From: Opitutia bacterium
GTDB lineage: Bacteria; Verrucomicrobiota; Verrucomicrobiia; Opitutales; T3Sed10-336
Reading direction: 5' to 3'
Assembly (NCBI GenBank): GCA_050506795.1
Contig: JBJHCF010000023.1
Span: 1 to 64,000 of the forward strand
Length of the DNA: 64,000 nt
The notes below the pieces were generated by a model that was not told where the DNA came from, ran no database searches, and was given only the letters and a program-made list of their open reading frames with translations. Shown in pieces: positions 1 to 11,221 of the stretch (positions within the stretch are counted from its first letter, which is position 1; each line of letters begins with the position of its first letter). The translations under genes and the position numbers were made by a program.

Positions 1-3
1 CCC

Positions 4-122
4 GTAGCTCCGTGCTTCAGCCGGAGTCTTCTTCCCCGGGAACCGCCCTCCCCACACCGCACAGACGCCCGCTAAAGCAGGGCGCTACAAGCTTCACCCG
101 TAGCTCCGTGCTTCAGCCGGAG
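4..122. repeat. GTAG-type REP cluster (alternating REP doublet; may continue left of the window)
   Basis: GTAGCTCCGTGCTTCAGCCGGAG at 4-26 and 100-122, with inverted GTAGCGCCCTGCTTTAGCGGGCG at 66-88. These are the same two REP types as the array at 27.4-28.0 kb. Confidence 0.85.
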
Positions 123-179
123 TTCTCTTCGGCGATAGCGAAGATCCGTTTTTCTCCGGTCATGCGCGAATTGCGTTGA

Positions 180-3100
180 TCACCATCCGAACACGTCGCG
201 GATACCGCGAACCGCATCCTCCACCGGATCCCGGCGGCGTTCGTCGTCGGAGGGGACGTCACGAGCCGTCGCGGCGCCGGCTCCCGCCTGGATCAGCAAG
301 TCCCACAGGTCGCGTAAATTCGGGTCGCCAATCGTGCCGGTGATGGAGATGGGGCGTTGCCGCAGCATTTGATAATTCTGTGGGTTTCGCTGCTCGGAAA
401 GCAGGTTGAGAATTCGAAATTGCTGGCGCAGGCTCCCCTCGGTTCCCAGTTCGACCCTGAGGTTGAGCCGCGAATCCTCGATGGCATTGAGGTCAATGCC
501 TTCAATGCTGCCGGTTCCCGCTGCGTAGAGAAAGGGTCCAGCCAATTCCATCCGTTCGACCACGAGCGTGCGGCCTTCGGCCATGGCCAGACGCACGTCA
601 ATCGATTGATAGGGCACGTCGGTCAGAAGATTAAGGCTTTCGGCGAGGGCCTGAACCCCCGGAGGCGCACCCGCGAGCCGGGCGATCAGCGAACCGATGG
701 CGCCTTCCTGCATACCGGTGATCCTCCTGACCCTTTCCATCCTTCCGTCGGGGATCCTGAATCTCAACCGACCGCGTTCCCCGGTCAGGGTCAAAACACC
801 GTCAAGCTCGCCGATCAGGCGGTCGAAACCGGACGCGCGGGATGAAATATCGTAGCCAAAGGCAAAGGTTCCTTCGATGTCCGGATCCTCTACGCCCAGA
901 GTGCGGCGCAGGAGGTTTTGCACGACCAGATTATTTCCCGATCCGGCCGAAACGAGTTGCAGGATTTCTCCGTTGAGGGATAAGGCACCGGTAATCTCAA
1001 TATCCGCCTCTTCCGGAAGCCGAACCCGCGCCTCCCGAAGGTCGATCCTGCGGTCGTCGCCGGTCAACCGAACCCGCAGGTCGGACACCTCGAAATCAGG
1101 CATGACCCGGATGCGCGCCACGTCGAATTCCCCGTCCACCGTCATGGGAAACAAGGTTTCAGGAACCGGCGCTTCGGGTTCGGTTTCCCGATCCTGTCCT
1201 CGGGAAAAAATCCCGGCGAGGTCCTGCAGATGAATCAGGTCGAGGAACTCGCTGGAGCCACGCAGTTCCAACGACGGAAGCTCGGAGCCGGCATCGTTGC
1301 GGAGGTGGGCGGTCAGCTCGAAATCCTGGAGGGAATCGCCGTGCCTCACCTCCGCGGCAAGAAGTGCCCGGTTTCGCGTTTCGTCGGTTTCCCCGGAAAA
1401 CTCAGCGTTAATGGCAAACGGGGCGTCGTCACTGTTCGCACGAACTTCGGGCAGAGTCAGCGAACCCGACCAGGTGGCGGAAAAGGGGCTCGGATTGACA
1501 ACAAACTCCGAGTGCAGCGCAAACCCCGCGCTTTGCAGGTTGGGCAGGAAGTTCTCCCCCAAAAGATGTTCAACATAAGCGAGGTCGCCGCTCACGGACA
1601 CCGTTCCGTTGATCCAGCCGGACTCGTCGTCTTCGGTATCCAGCGGCATTTCCCCGGCCAGAGAACCGGCCAGGAGTCTCGTTCCGTTGGTGTTGATAAA
1701 GAGCTCTTCAATCCCGAAAGTCACAACGGCCGGGTTCAGCCTCGCGAATGGAGTCATGGTGACCGTCAGCGGGCGAAGCTCTTGTCCTTCGAAGGATCCG
1801 ACACCGATCTCGGAGATTTCTAAAGCGCCATGGCCAGGGCGCAGGTGGAGTTCTTCACCTTCCAGGGTGACCAAAAAACCGCCTCGAACGTCGCCACCGG
1901 AAAAGTCACCTCGTTGCTCCTCTGGAATCCACTCATCCAGTCGAAAGTTGTTTAACTCGATCCCGAGAAGTTCGCCCTGGGGAAGGATATCAAAAAGGGC
2001 TTCGCCGTTTGCGAACGCCAGCGGTTGTCGCAGGTCCGCCCGGAGGACAGGCGCCCCACCCTCGACGCCCACCGACAACTCGAATGAGTCGACTTCGAGG
2101 AAATCGTGCAGGCGCCAGCCGGATTCGGTCGTTAACGAAACCTTTCCGTTTCCCGGAAGTTCAGTTCGGCCGGTGTCCACCGTCATTTCCGTCGAGGCGT
2201 CCATACCCAGCGCGAAAGGCGTCAGGGTTCCCTCATAGCTGATCTCGCCCGACGCCGAGAGGCTTTGCAGGTTTTCGTTGGTTCCGGAAAAAATTTCCGC
2301 CCACCACTCGGGAAGGTGCAATCGAATGATGCCTTCCGTGCGCGACCAATCGACGTCAGCGAAACCTTCCACGGAGACGGCCGGTGCGGGTTCCGATCCA
2401 TTTGGATCGGGAATGACCAGGGCCAGTGTATAAGGATAACCCCGGGAGGTCCCGGCCAACTCTCCCGTCAATGCGACGCGGCTCGGTAAATGGGCGGGAG
2501 CCTGCGGGCGAAGGCTGACTTCAGTCGCTGCGTCGAGCGTAACGGCGTCCGGCATCGCATTTCCGTTTTCGTGCGAGGTGCCGGCGGTCCCGGTCAGAGT
2601 CAGCTCCGAAATAGGCACTTCGGCGGGAAATCCGTCGGCGTGTATCCGGATGGTGGAGTTCGTGTCGGCGAGCGGCAGCGCTCCGGAGGATTCGAGTGCC
2701 AGCGAAAACGAGCGAACCTGGGGAATGGAGGCGTCGGCCGCCAGTTGAAAATTAAAATCCATCGCCGACACGAATCCGGAGGGTCGCAGGGAAAGCCGGC
2801 TTTCCTCCAAAAGCACGATGCCGTCGGCATCCGCCAACGTAACGTTCTCAAAGGATAAGGGTTCTGACGTTTCGATTTCGTAGCGGTTGTTTCGAGAGTA
2901 CAGTGCGAACTTCCCTGTGATCGGATTCGAGGTCAGGCTGAGATTGTCGATTAACAGGTTGATCAATTCCGGAGGGATACCCGGAAAAGCTACCAGCAGG
3001 ATCGGCTCCTCCTCATCCGGCAACTGCCAGTCTTCGTCTCCGGTAAAGTCCAGATCCAGGGTCCCGGGCGCATGGACCCGGGCGAGATCAATGCCGTCTC

Positions 3101-4181
3101 CCGAGGCGATGCCGATATCGAGCGTTCTCAGGGAGATATGCTCGGGTAAAAGCGTCAGATCAAACGAGGCATCCACCAGTATTTCATCCAGTTCCCGGGG
3201 CATCCCGAACTGTTCGGCGATCTCCGACAGGCGGACCAGGGTCTCATTGGTGAGCTGGAGCCCGCTTCCTTCCGAGTAGGCGAATCGGGTTAGGGCGTTG
3301 ACCGAAAAACCCGGCAGGCCCTCCATCATGGCGTTGATCGGCAACAACTCGCGCTCGATATTGATGTCTAAAGTTCCCTCGGCGCCGCCGGTGCTTCGCT
3401 CCCATTCTCCATCGACTGCCAACAGGAGATGATCGGGGTCCGGCCCGCCCGGTGAGCGGACTTCAATGCCGTAACGTTCCCCGGTTTCCGTTCGCGTGGC
3501 CCAAAGCTCGGAGAAAAGCAGCGGATCCGCCCCCTCCCGTTCGCGCAACGCGAAGTTCGTACGGAGTTGTTGGAAGACGCCGTCGGTGCCGAATTCCGGA
3601 AAAACGTCAATGTCAGCGAACAAGATTCCGTCACCCGGCAGGTTTTCGTCTTCGACTTCCAAGGCGATTGCGATTCGACCCTGGTCGTCGCGCGAGCTGA
3701 GGTCGCTGCCGGTGATGGAGAAGGTGATCGCCGGTCCCGCCGGCATGCGGAGGAGTCCGTCAATATCCGCCTGGGCGACCAGGAAATCCACCGGCAGGTC
3801 GAGGAGCAGCCCGGGATAGGTTTCCCAGGGTTCGGGTTCCGGGGGGTCATCCGGCTCGTCGAGGTCGATCACGACGTTCGAGACCGTCAAAGAATCCACA
3901 TGTAATGTGCGCTGAAAAAGCAGTGGCCTGAGCCGGAAACGCGAATCGAGACTCTCGGCCGCAACACGGGCGTCTGTCGTTGTGATTTCGATACCGCTTA
4001 GAACAGCAGATCCTGGACGAATGCGGACGCTGTCGATCGCCACCTCGGTATCGGGTCCGGAAAGCGCCCGGGTGAGGACCGTTTTTTGCACCGCCGGAAT
4101 CAGTAATACGACCAAGACCAAAATGGCCGTGACAACGCCAACCGCCAATGCCTGGAGAATGTATTTAAAAAAACGACGCAT
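180..4181 (-). CDS. Large AsmA-like / bridge-like envelope protein
   Basis: ~1333 aa with an N-terminal TM anchor followed by an AsmA-like start (LRPLLFQRTLHVDSLTV). The body is acidic and beta-rich, and the C-terminus is AsmA_2-like (GTGSI...PISITGTIGDP). ATG at 4181. Confidence 0.65.
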   Translation of the reverse strand: MRRFFKYILQALAVGVVTAILVLVVLLIPAVQKTVLTRALSGPDTEVAIDSVRIRPGSAVLSGIEITTTDARVAAESLDSRFRLRPLLFQRTLHVDSLTVSNVVIDLDEPDDPPEPEPWETYPGLLLDLPVDFLVAQADIDGLLRMPAGPAITFSITGSDLSSRDDQGRIAIALEVEDENLPGDGILFADIDVFPEFGTDGVFQQLRTNFALREREGADPLLFSELWATRTETGERYGIEVRSPGGPDPDHLLLAVDGEWERSTGGAEGTLDINIERELLPINAMMEGLPGFSVNALTRFAYSEGSGLQLTNETLVRLSEIAEQFGMPRELDEILVDASFDLTLLPEHISLRTLDIGIASGDGIDLARVHAPGTLDLDFTGDEDWQLPDEEEPILLVAFPGIPPELINLLIDNLSLTSNPITGKFALYSRNNRYEIETSEPLSFENVTLADADGIVLLEESRLSLRPSGFVSAMDFNFQLAADASIPQVRSFSLALESSGALPLADTNSTIRIHADGFPAEVPISELTLTGTAGTSHENGNAMPDAVTLDAATEVSLRPQAPAHLPSRVALTGELAGTSRGYPYTLALVIPDPNGSEPAPAVSVEGFADVDWSRTEGIIRLHLPEWWAEIFSGTNENLQSLSASGEISYEGTLTPFALGMDASTEMTVDTGRTELPGNGKVSLTTESGWRLHDFLEVDSFELSVGVEGGAPVLRADLRQPLAFANGEALFDILPQGELLGIELNNFRLDEWIPEEQRGDFSGGDVRGGFLVTLEGEELHLRPGHGALEISEIGVGSFEGQELRPLTVTMTPFARLNPAVVTFGIEELFINTNGTRLLAGSLAGEMPLDTEDDESGWINGTVSVSGDLAYVEHLLGENFLPNLQSAGFALHSEFVVNPSPFSATWSGSLTLPEVRANSDDAPFAINAEFSGETDETRNRALLAAEVRHGDSLQDFELTAHLRNDAGSELPSLELRGSSEFLDLIHLQDLAGIFSRGQDRETEPEAPVPETLFPMTVDGEFDVARIRVMPDFEVSDLRVRLTGDDRRIDLREARVRLPEEADIEITGALSLNGEILQLVSAGSGNNLVVQNLLRRTLGVEDPDIEGTFAFGYDISSRASGFDRLIGELDGVLTLTGERGRLRFRIPDGRMERVRRITGMQEGAIGSLIARLAGAPPGVQALAESLNLLTDVPYQSIDVRLAMAEGRTLVVERMELAGPFLYAAGTGSIEGIDLNAIEDSRLNLRVELGTEGSLRQQFRILNLLSEQRNPQNYQMLRQRPISITGTIGDPNLRDLWDLLIQAGAGAATARDVPSDDERRRDPVEDAVRGIRDVFGW

Positions 4182-4264
4182 CAAAAAACCGCCCGTTGAT
4201 CTGTAAGGGAAACTGTGTCAATTGTATCAAATACCGATACAGCAAAACCAACACTGCGACGAAC

Positions 4265-4762
4265 ATGAAAATCAAAAAACCCATAGAGAAGGCGATCAAC
4301 GCCCAGATTCAATTGGAACTGGCATCCGCCTACACCTACCTTTCAATGGCCGCGTACTTCGACCGGCACGCTTTCAGCGGCTTCGCCCACTGGATGCGTT
4401 TGCAGCAAAACGAGGAAAATGAGCACGCCATGCGCTTCTTCAACTACCTGCACGACCGTGACGGACGGGTCGAATTGCAGCCCCTCGAAAAGCCGCCCCA
4501 CGAGTTCAAGAGCCCGCTCGATGTTTTCGAGCAGAGCCTGGAGAACGAACGGAAGGTGACCACGAGCATCCACCGTCTCTATGAGTTGGCGCAGAAGGAA
4601 AAAGATCACGCCACCGTTTCCATGCTCAAGTGGTTTGTGGACGAACAGGTGGAAGAGGAAAAGAGCGCGCTCGACATGGTCGACAAGCTCAAACTCGCCG
4701 GAGACCATCCCGGTGCCCTCCTCCTGATCGACCGCGAAGCGGCCGCACGCTCCGGCGGTTGA
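4265..4762 (+). CDS. ftnA: Non-heme bacterial ferritin
   Basis: 165 aa with ferroxidase-centre motifs QLELASAYTYLSMA, EENEHAMRF, ENERKVT and WFVDEQVEEE. Confidence 0.95.
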   Translation: MKIKKPIEKAINAQIQLELASAYTYLSMAAYFDRHAFSGFAHWMRLQQNEENEHAMRFFNYLHDRDGRVELQPLEKPPHEFKSPLDVFEQSLENERKVTTSIHRLYELAQKEKDHATVSMLKWFVDEQVEEEKSALDMVDKLKLAGDHPGALLLIDREAAARSGG

Positions 4763-5317
4763 TTTTCCGACCCTGAGCGGTGGAGATTCGAAAGCATTGG
4801 TCCCTTTTGGTGAAAAAGGCCTTGGCCAATACCACACGGCCGTTCGCCACGCTCGGTGCTGATGACGGCTACGCCTCTTCGGAAGGAGACGAAGAAGTCC
4901 GCTCGCTTGGGATGAATCATCGACAAGAAAAGAATTCTAATGCCAAATACTGCACAGCCATCCCCTGAGTGGTGCACGTGCGTATACCTTACGTTATTTC
5001 CATAGCCTTTCCAGCTCGTAACCCTCAGTTTCAATCGCTCTTTGAGGACAATACCAAAATTCCGGATCGAATCTTCACCGATTCAAAGGCTTTTCGAGCT
5101 GCCTCGTGCTACGCCACCTACTTCTGGGCTCACTCGATCAGTGATAGCTGACCCTAATTACAGTCCAGACGCTCCACCTCCGCGCTGCGTCGCTCCAGAA
5201 AGGTATCACCCAAAAAAGGACGGTGGCCTAACGTCTATCATTTATCCCAAGAAAAAGAGCTTGATCTTTGCGAAGGAACACCACAGCATAAGGGAGAAAA
5301 GAGTAAATATGAAAGAA

Positions 5318-5345
5318 TACTCCCTACTCCCTACTCCCTACTCCC
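5318..5345. repeat. Heptamer tandem repeat (TACTCCC)x4
   Basis: Four perfect copies read directly in intergenic DNA. Confidence 0.9.
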
Positions 5346-5519
5346 TCACCGCTTAGCAACGACCTGCTTGTTTCCTGCACAGGCACGGGATACGCGATGC
5401 AGGTTATATGCCTTCTATCTTGACCGAAGTGCGGTGCAAGGTCTCTTCGCGCGCCGACAAGGCCCGGATTCGCCAGAACCGTGAATCGGATTAAATACAC
5501 CATGCTCAATCTCCAATCA

Positions 5520-6365
5520 ATGAGAATACATATTCTAATCCCCGCACTTGTTCTCCCGCTGGCGGCATTGGGCCAGGAAATTTCGGAATTGCGGCCCCTT
5601 TCCGACACCGAAGCCGACACAATCGTCGCAGCGAAAGTTTCCGCTATCGCCGAAAGGGAAGCCGGTCGGCCGATCAACCAGGTTGAGTTCGAAGTCTTGC
5701 AGGAAAGGGAGGTGCCGAGGAAAGGCGGCGGCAGAATTATCGTGAGGCAGGTTAATCCCCCTGAGATTCCGGTGCGTAAAACAGAACCAATTCCGGATGC
5801 CTTTGCGGACCTGGCCGAGGAGGAGCGCGCAATCGTCGAAGAGTATGGACTCACGGCCGCTGAAGTTCGCTACCTGAGCCGATTCGAATTCAAATGGCCC
5901 GTTGCTCTTCCGCTGTCGGCAACGATCTACGATGGAGGAATCACACGGATCCGGTGGGTTCACGCCGGTCAGGAATACACCGCCTATTCGAATATCGACT
6001 TTAACTACCTCCGGGGCGTGCGCGGCTTCGAAGGCCCCGACGGAGAGCTGTACTACCTGCTCAATATGGGCATTGGAGACGCCGTCGCCGAGCGGCTTCC
6101 GAGCGACCTTCCGGTCTTGCCCGAGTTCGACCCCGGGCGGGCCGAGTACGTGGTTGATATACCTGACGTGTCCGCCCTGGACGACCATATCCTTGCACCC
6201 CTCGACGCCCTTCACGACTGGTACGAGCAACATGAAGCTCGTCTTAAGATCGATACCCAGCACCGGGACGCGATCAACGCAGCATGGAAGCGCCATCATG
6301 AAGCGAACAGTTTCCCGGTGACGGACACCATAATTCATTATTGGCGAGTCCCGAGCGAACGTTGA
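5520..6365 (+). CDS. Secreted hypothetical protein
   Basis: Signal-peptide-like start MRIHILIPALVLPLAALGQ; ~281 aa; contains the segment YTAYSNIDFNYL. The start could alternatively be 5502. Confidence 0.75.
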   Translation: MRIHILIPALVLPLAALGQEISELRPLSDTEADTIVAAKVSAIAEREAGRPINQVEFEVLQEREVPRKGGGRIIVRQVNPPEIPVRKTEPIPDAFADLAEEERAIVEEYGLTAAEVRYLSRFEFKWPVALPLSATIYDGGITRIRWVHAGQEYTAYSNIDFNYLRGVRGFEGPDGELYYLLNMGIGDAVAERLPSDLPVLPEFDPGRAEYVVDIPDVSALDDHILAPLDALHDWYEQHEARLKIDTQHRDAINAAWKRHHEANSFPVTDTIIHYWRVPSER

Positions 6366-6430
6366 TCGGTATTGGGCAACAACCGAGATATACATAGACC
6401 CAAAAAACTCATATTTCAGAAAGAAAAAAG

Positions 6431-8361
6431 GTGAAAACAAAGCTTCTGCTCCTCGTTTCGTCCTGCCTCTTTATTGTGTCACTCCAGAACCGGGGATATA
6501 CTCAAGCGGCAAGTGATCACAATCAGGGACTCACCGCGACCTATTCATCAACCCAGGATACCGTTGGTTTGTCTTGGTGGGGGAGTGAGGGTTTCCACTA
6601 CCAGGTCCATGTCACCGAAGACTTGGATGGCATGGTGTGGACCGCCCTTCCCGAGCTTTTCCTAGGGAATAATGAGCCAATTCATCTAGGCTTTTCAATC
6701 ACCGGGGAAGGCGAAAATCGTATGTTCTATCGAGTGATCAAACTTCCCCCACCATTTGCAGCGTTACTTGCCGAGAATTCAAATATGGTGATTAGTAGGG
6801 TCAGGTTTATTGGCAACGAAAATATGCGAGCACTCCTTACTGATGGCCTGAATTATTTCCCAAACGATCCGGAGAAGTTCTTTGATTCTGGAGTTTTGTT
6901 CTCCACGGGCAATGCAACGGAGTGGAACCTGACCGGAATGAACCAATCCACCCATTACAATATGGCCGGTGACATAGACTTGGACCTGTGGATGTTAAAC
7001 GCGGGTTTCGGATGGGAAGTTCCAACGAACGATTTGGATCAAGTGTTTTGGACTCGTGATGCTTCGGGAATCGAAATAGACTTTAGTCTTGAACCATCCG
7101 TGGCGAACGGAAGAATTGCCCTGTCTTATCTCTTCGCCTCCGAGGAGTACTATATTCCGACTCTCTTGGCACAGAATGACGCAATGGGGATCTTTATCGC
7201 TGAACTTGATTCCCTCGGCAAACCAATTCAGGAATCACAAGTTAATTTGGGTGTGCTGGCTGAAACCGAGACGCATTCCAGGGCCATAAACATTTTTAAT
7301 GCAGGCGACATTCAAGTCGTTACGCCAACCTACAAGTCGCCTCCTCATACAGTGAATATTGATGAGTCGGGTTTTATCAATAATTCACCCAAACCAGAAC
7401 ATCACGACGGATTGCAGAACCCGCCGCCGTATGATTTCGGATATGCAGGTTTTACATCTCGTCTGCTGGCGTCTGGAGGCGTGGCGAGAGTCGATACTGA
7501 CATCGACGTAAGGACCCGGCTTAAACAAGCGAACGTGGTTGGCGTTGGGGCGGAATCGTTTGCCGGGGAGAAAGGATGGGGAGGGATATTAATTCGGGGG
7601 AGCAATCGATGGGAAGAAATCACGTACTCCAATTTTCTGACAGGTTATGTGGCGGCGTTTGGGCTAAAGAGCGGCATCCCAGAGGTAACGCTTTACAAGG
7701 CGGTCGATCTTGATACAAATAAATATGATGGGTACATGATTCCCAACGAAGAGTTTTTACCCAAGAAAATGGATCAGGAACCAGAGGATCTCTGGGTTTT
7801 GTCTTCGAAACCCATCTCAAACTTCGATGCTAACGCGTGGTACTGGATTCGCGTAAAGGCCGAAGGAGATCGTATCACAGTGAAAATATGGAAGGACGGA
7901 CAGATAGAACCAGCCGAATGGACGATCGACTACACCGATTTAAACGACCCAATTGCATCAGGCTTTGTGGGATTGATCCATCCTGACACCTATGCCCGTT
8001 CTGCCAGTGAGGTGAATGATATGAGATGGGATTTGTTCGAAATATTGGCTCCCCAAGGGAGCACAGAAGATTTAGCCAGTACGAACCCGGCAAACACACC
8101 CCTCCCGGTTGGTCCACGGTAGGGTATGGACCCAATGCGCTCGAATGGGAAGTGGTTGAAGACACCACGTCGAATGGAGGAAAACACCTCCGGCATCGAA
8201 GCGACCTGGAACCCCTGTCGGTGCTCCGGTATGAGGGTCCCGGAACCATCGAAGGGGGGAAATCCTACCGACTCAAGATTGTTGTCGCGGATAGTCGAGA
8301 TTGGACTCACGACTCAGCGGTTCTGGTAGAAAATGGAAGCATTCAGGTGATACCTGAGTGA
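6431..8361 (+). pseudogene. Secreted choice-of-anchor-L-like protein with an inserted lectin-like domain, split by a 1-nt frameshift near 8071
   Basis: ORF 6431-8122 has a signal peptide and GVLFSTG...YLFASEEY...NDAMGIF...GFTS motifs. The expected C-terminal part (YRLKIVVADSRDWTHDSAVLV) lies in the overlapping frame ending at 8361. One extra T in TTT at 8071-8073 joins the two frames. Confidence 0.7.
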
Positions 8362-8386
8362 TATCGAAAAAAATGGAGAGCTTTAA

Positions 8387-9028
8387 ATGAGAAAACTGTA
8401 CCGACGATTGCTTTGTCCCATTGGGATCGTTTTGACTCTGCAGACGCCAAATGACGCCGATTGCGCTACGATTATTCATGTTCCCGATCAAGGATTCGTA
8501 CTAGGTTCAACAGGAGAATCAGGTTTGGTTGACATTGGCGGTTTCGATAGGCCATTGGATTTTTTCGCCAGACAAAACGCCGTTCTCAGTTGGTATTGGG
8601 AACCTGTGGCACCATTGTTTCACGAGGTTGTTCCAGCCCCCTTTACAGGGTCATCCGCAATGCGATTCGATGCGGGAATAGAAATTGGGAACGACCTTTC
8701 CTGGACGAGGGATCTAAGGAATGCTGCCACACTGGCTAGCGCGAGTACGATAGAGCCGGGGCTTTTTTACGATGCCGAAGGTTTTTTGGCGGTTCGTATC
8801 TATGAAGAGGAGCGCGGTTGGGAGAACGCGGAAGCACTTCCCTATTATGGATGGATCAGGGTATCGCACAGTGCGGACGAGATGGCGTTGACGGTCCACG
8901 ATTGGGCGTGGAACAGCACACTGGGCGAGCCGATCCTTGCCGGCCAAATCCCCGAGCCTCAAACCTACGCCGTACTCTTCGGACTCGGAATCCTGATGTA
9001 CGTGATTGTGCGTCGGCGTTTTGTATAG
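8387..9028 (+). CDS. PEP-CTERM sorting-domain protein
   Basis: C-terminus IPEPQTYAVLFGLGILMYVIVRRRFV (PEP motif, TM helix, basic tail); YYGWIRV...DWAWNS segment just upstream. Confidence 0.9.
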   Translation: MRKLYRRLLCPIGIVLTLQTPNDADCATIIHVPDQGFVLGSTGESGLVDIGGFDRPLDFFARQNAVLSWYWEPVAPLFHEVVPAPFTGSSAMRFDAGIEIGNDLSWTRDLRNAATLASASTIEPGLFYDAEGFLAVRIYEEERGWENAEALPYYGWIRVSHSADEMALTVHDWAWNSTLGEPILAGQIPEPQTYAVLFGLGILMYVIVRRRFV

Positions 9029-9823
9029 CCTGGCTCAACGGCGACAGCGCTTCGTACTCTGGAACTTCCCTCAACGGTTCCGACGGTTGGTATCAGCCTG
9101 TTGGTATTGATGTTCTGAAGGATCGTCCTGACCCCCGGGATGAGCATTCCCTGCGCGCTCATGATGCTTCCGAGCCTATTCGACTTCACGAGTCAATCGC
9201 TTGCCTTTGCCGAGCAGACCGATCCGAACCAACCCCGTATCAAACAGAAGAGAAAAACCATCCTGGCAAGCATGCGCGGCCGCCCGGGTTCCAGCAACAG
9301 CGAGCACGCTGCAGGGATGCTCTCGGCGTGGTCATTCTCCCAAAGAGGCACCGATTCCGCCAAGACATCCAGTCGCTGTTGTCGTCGTTCGTGCTTGGAG
9401 GCCAGTGCCGCGCAACGCAGCTCCCTTTCGAACGTTTTCCGCAAACCGGTGTTGCGTCCCAAAGTTGCAGGCATTCACATTAGACCAGTTTCTTGTGCAA
9501 ACCATTGCTGCCAAAATCGTGGCGTATGATCGATATCGTTTTCAGAATTCTTCACCAAACCGGGAACACTGGTTTCCTATTAATCTTTATTTCAATATCT
9601 TACACACCATTCGCCCCCAACGGTGGCACATGGATCCAACGGCGGGAAATCCAAAACCAGCCAGCTTGCCCCCCACCCTTTGGGAAGTTGACCGCCCGCC
9701 GGGCTCCATTACTATATCTTCCAGTCACGAAAAACCCGACCATGCGAACACATTGACGTAAAACCACCCGAACAATCGGCCGTCGGGACTGGCCCGGCGC
9801 CCGTCACATCTTGATTTAGATTT

Positions 9824-11164
9824 ATGAATAACAAAACCGTATCCCGTCGCCGCTTTCTCGGCACCATGCTGGCCGCCGGCGCCGCACCTCTCGTACTCCC
9901 CGGTCGTCTCTGGGGCGACACCGCTTCCAGCCGCAAGCTGAACCTGGCTTTTGTCGGGGTGGGCGGACGCGGTGGCGCCAATCTCTCCGGTTGCGCGGAC
10001 GAGAACATCGTCGCTCTGTGCGATGTCGACAGCGAACGGGCGGGCGGCAATTTCAACCGTTATCCCGACGCCAGGCGTTTCACCGATTACCGCGTGATGC
10101 TGGAAGAGATGGGTGACTCGATCGACGGTGTCGTGATCTGCACTCCCGACCACACCCACTTCCCCATCGCCATGGCCAGCATGCAGGCGGGCAAACATGT
10201 GCTGGTGGAAAAACCTCTGACCCAAACCATTTGGGAGGCCCGCACTCTGCAACGCGCCGCCCACCATTACGGGGTCATCACCCAAATGGCCAACCAGGGC
10301 CACGCCAGCGAACACATCCGGCTGGGCAAGGAATGGTTCCAGGCCGGCTGGCTGGGCGACGTCACCCGGGTGGAGGCCTGGAACGGCGGTCCCAGTTTGC
10401 GCTACTTCGGCGACCCCAAGAGCGATCCGCCCGAAGAGGCGCCGATTCCTGCCTCACTCAATTGGGACCTCTGGTTGGGACCGCGGGCGGAGCGTCCGTT
10501 CAGCCGCGCCTACCACCCGGAAACCTGGCGGGGCTGGTGGGACTTCGGCAACGGGCCCCTCGGCGACTGGGTCGCCCACACTGTCGATCTTCCATTCTGG
10601 GCGCTCGAACTGACGGCGCCGATCTCCGTTTACGCCGAAGTGGGCGAAAGCGATCTCAGGAACTACATCCCGCCCTGGTCCGAGGTTCTCTGGGAGTTCC
10701 CCGCCCGCGGCGACATGCCGCCCGTCACCCTGCGCTGGCAGGACGGCGGCCGACGCCCCGAACCGCCCGCCGGTGAGGACTCGGTGGGCGGAAGCGGTAT
10801 GTACATGGTGGGTACGGAAGCCACCCTCCGCACCGGAGGGCGTCCCACCGACGGACTGCGTATCTCCGAGGCGGAGAAATTCGCCGAGCTTCGTCAAAAC
10901 CAGCCCGAACCCACCTTTCCCCGCGTTCAGGATCTCTGGCGCGAATGGATCGACGCCATCAAAGGCGACGGCCCGACCCCGGGTTCCAACTTCGACTATG
11001 CCGCCCCCCTCACCCAAATGGCCCTCATCGGCACCATCGCGCAACGCGTGCCCGGGAAAAAACTACTCTGGGATGAGGAAAACGGTCGCTTCACCAACAG
11101 CGACGAAGCCAACGCGATGCTCAAGGTGCCAGCCCGCGACGGCTGGGAGTACGACATCACTTGA
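9824..11164 (+). CDS. Gfo/Idh/MocA family NAD(P)-dependent oxidoreductase, Tat-exported
   Basis: Twin-arginine signal SRRRFL, Rossmann motif VGVGGRG, TPDHTH, HVLVEKP and WDLWLGP. Confidence 0.93.
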   Translation: MNNKTVSRRRFLGTMLAAGAAPLVLPGRLWGDTASSRKLNLAFVGVGGRGGANLSGCADENIVALCDVDSERAGGNFNRYPDARRFTDYRVMLEEMGDSIDGVVICTPDHTHFPIAMASMQAGKHVLVEKPLTQTIWEARTLQRAAHHYGVITQMANQGHASEHIRLGKEWFQAGWLGDVTRVEAWNGGPSLRYFGDPKSDPPEEAPIPASLNWDLWLGPRAERPFSRAYHPETWRGWWDFGNGPLGDWVAHTVDLPFWALELTAPISVYAEVGESDLRNYIPPWSEVLWEFPARGDMPPVTLRWQDGGRRPEPPAGEDSVGGSGMYMVGTEATLRTGGRPTDGLRISEAEKFAELRQNQPEPTFPRVQDLWREWIDAIKGDGPTPGSNFDYAAPLTQMALIGTIAQRVPGKKLLWDEENGRFTNSDEANAMLKVPARDGWEYDIT

Positions 11165-11221
11165 TGCAGGTACGAATGCACTAGCCGGAACGGAGCTCGA
11201 TCGGGCGGCTGATCGTCTGAT

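Noticed and set aside
4770..5480. Small ORFs or a Fur box around the ferritin gene
   Set aside because: No convincing coding signal downstream, and no GATAATGATAATCATTATC-like box seen upstream of ferritin.
9030..9720. Short ORFs between the PEP-CTERM gene and the oxidoreductase
   Set aside because: Several overlapping short frames with no motif or convincing start. It may be decayed sequence but cannot be supported.
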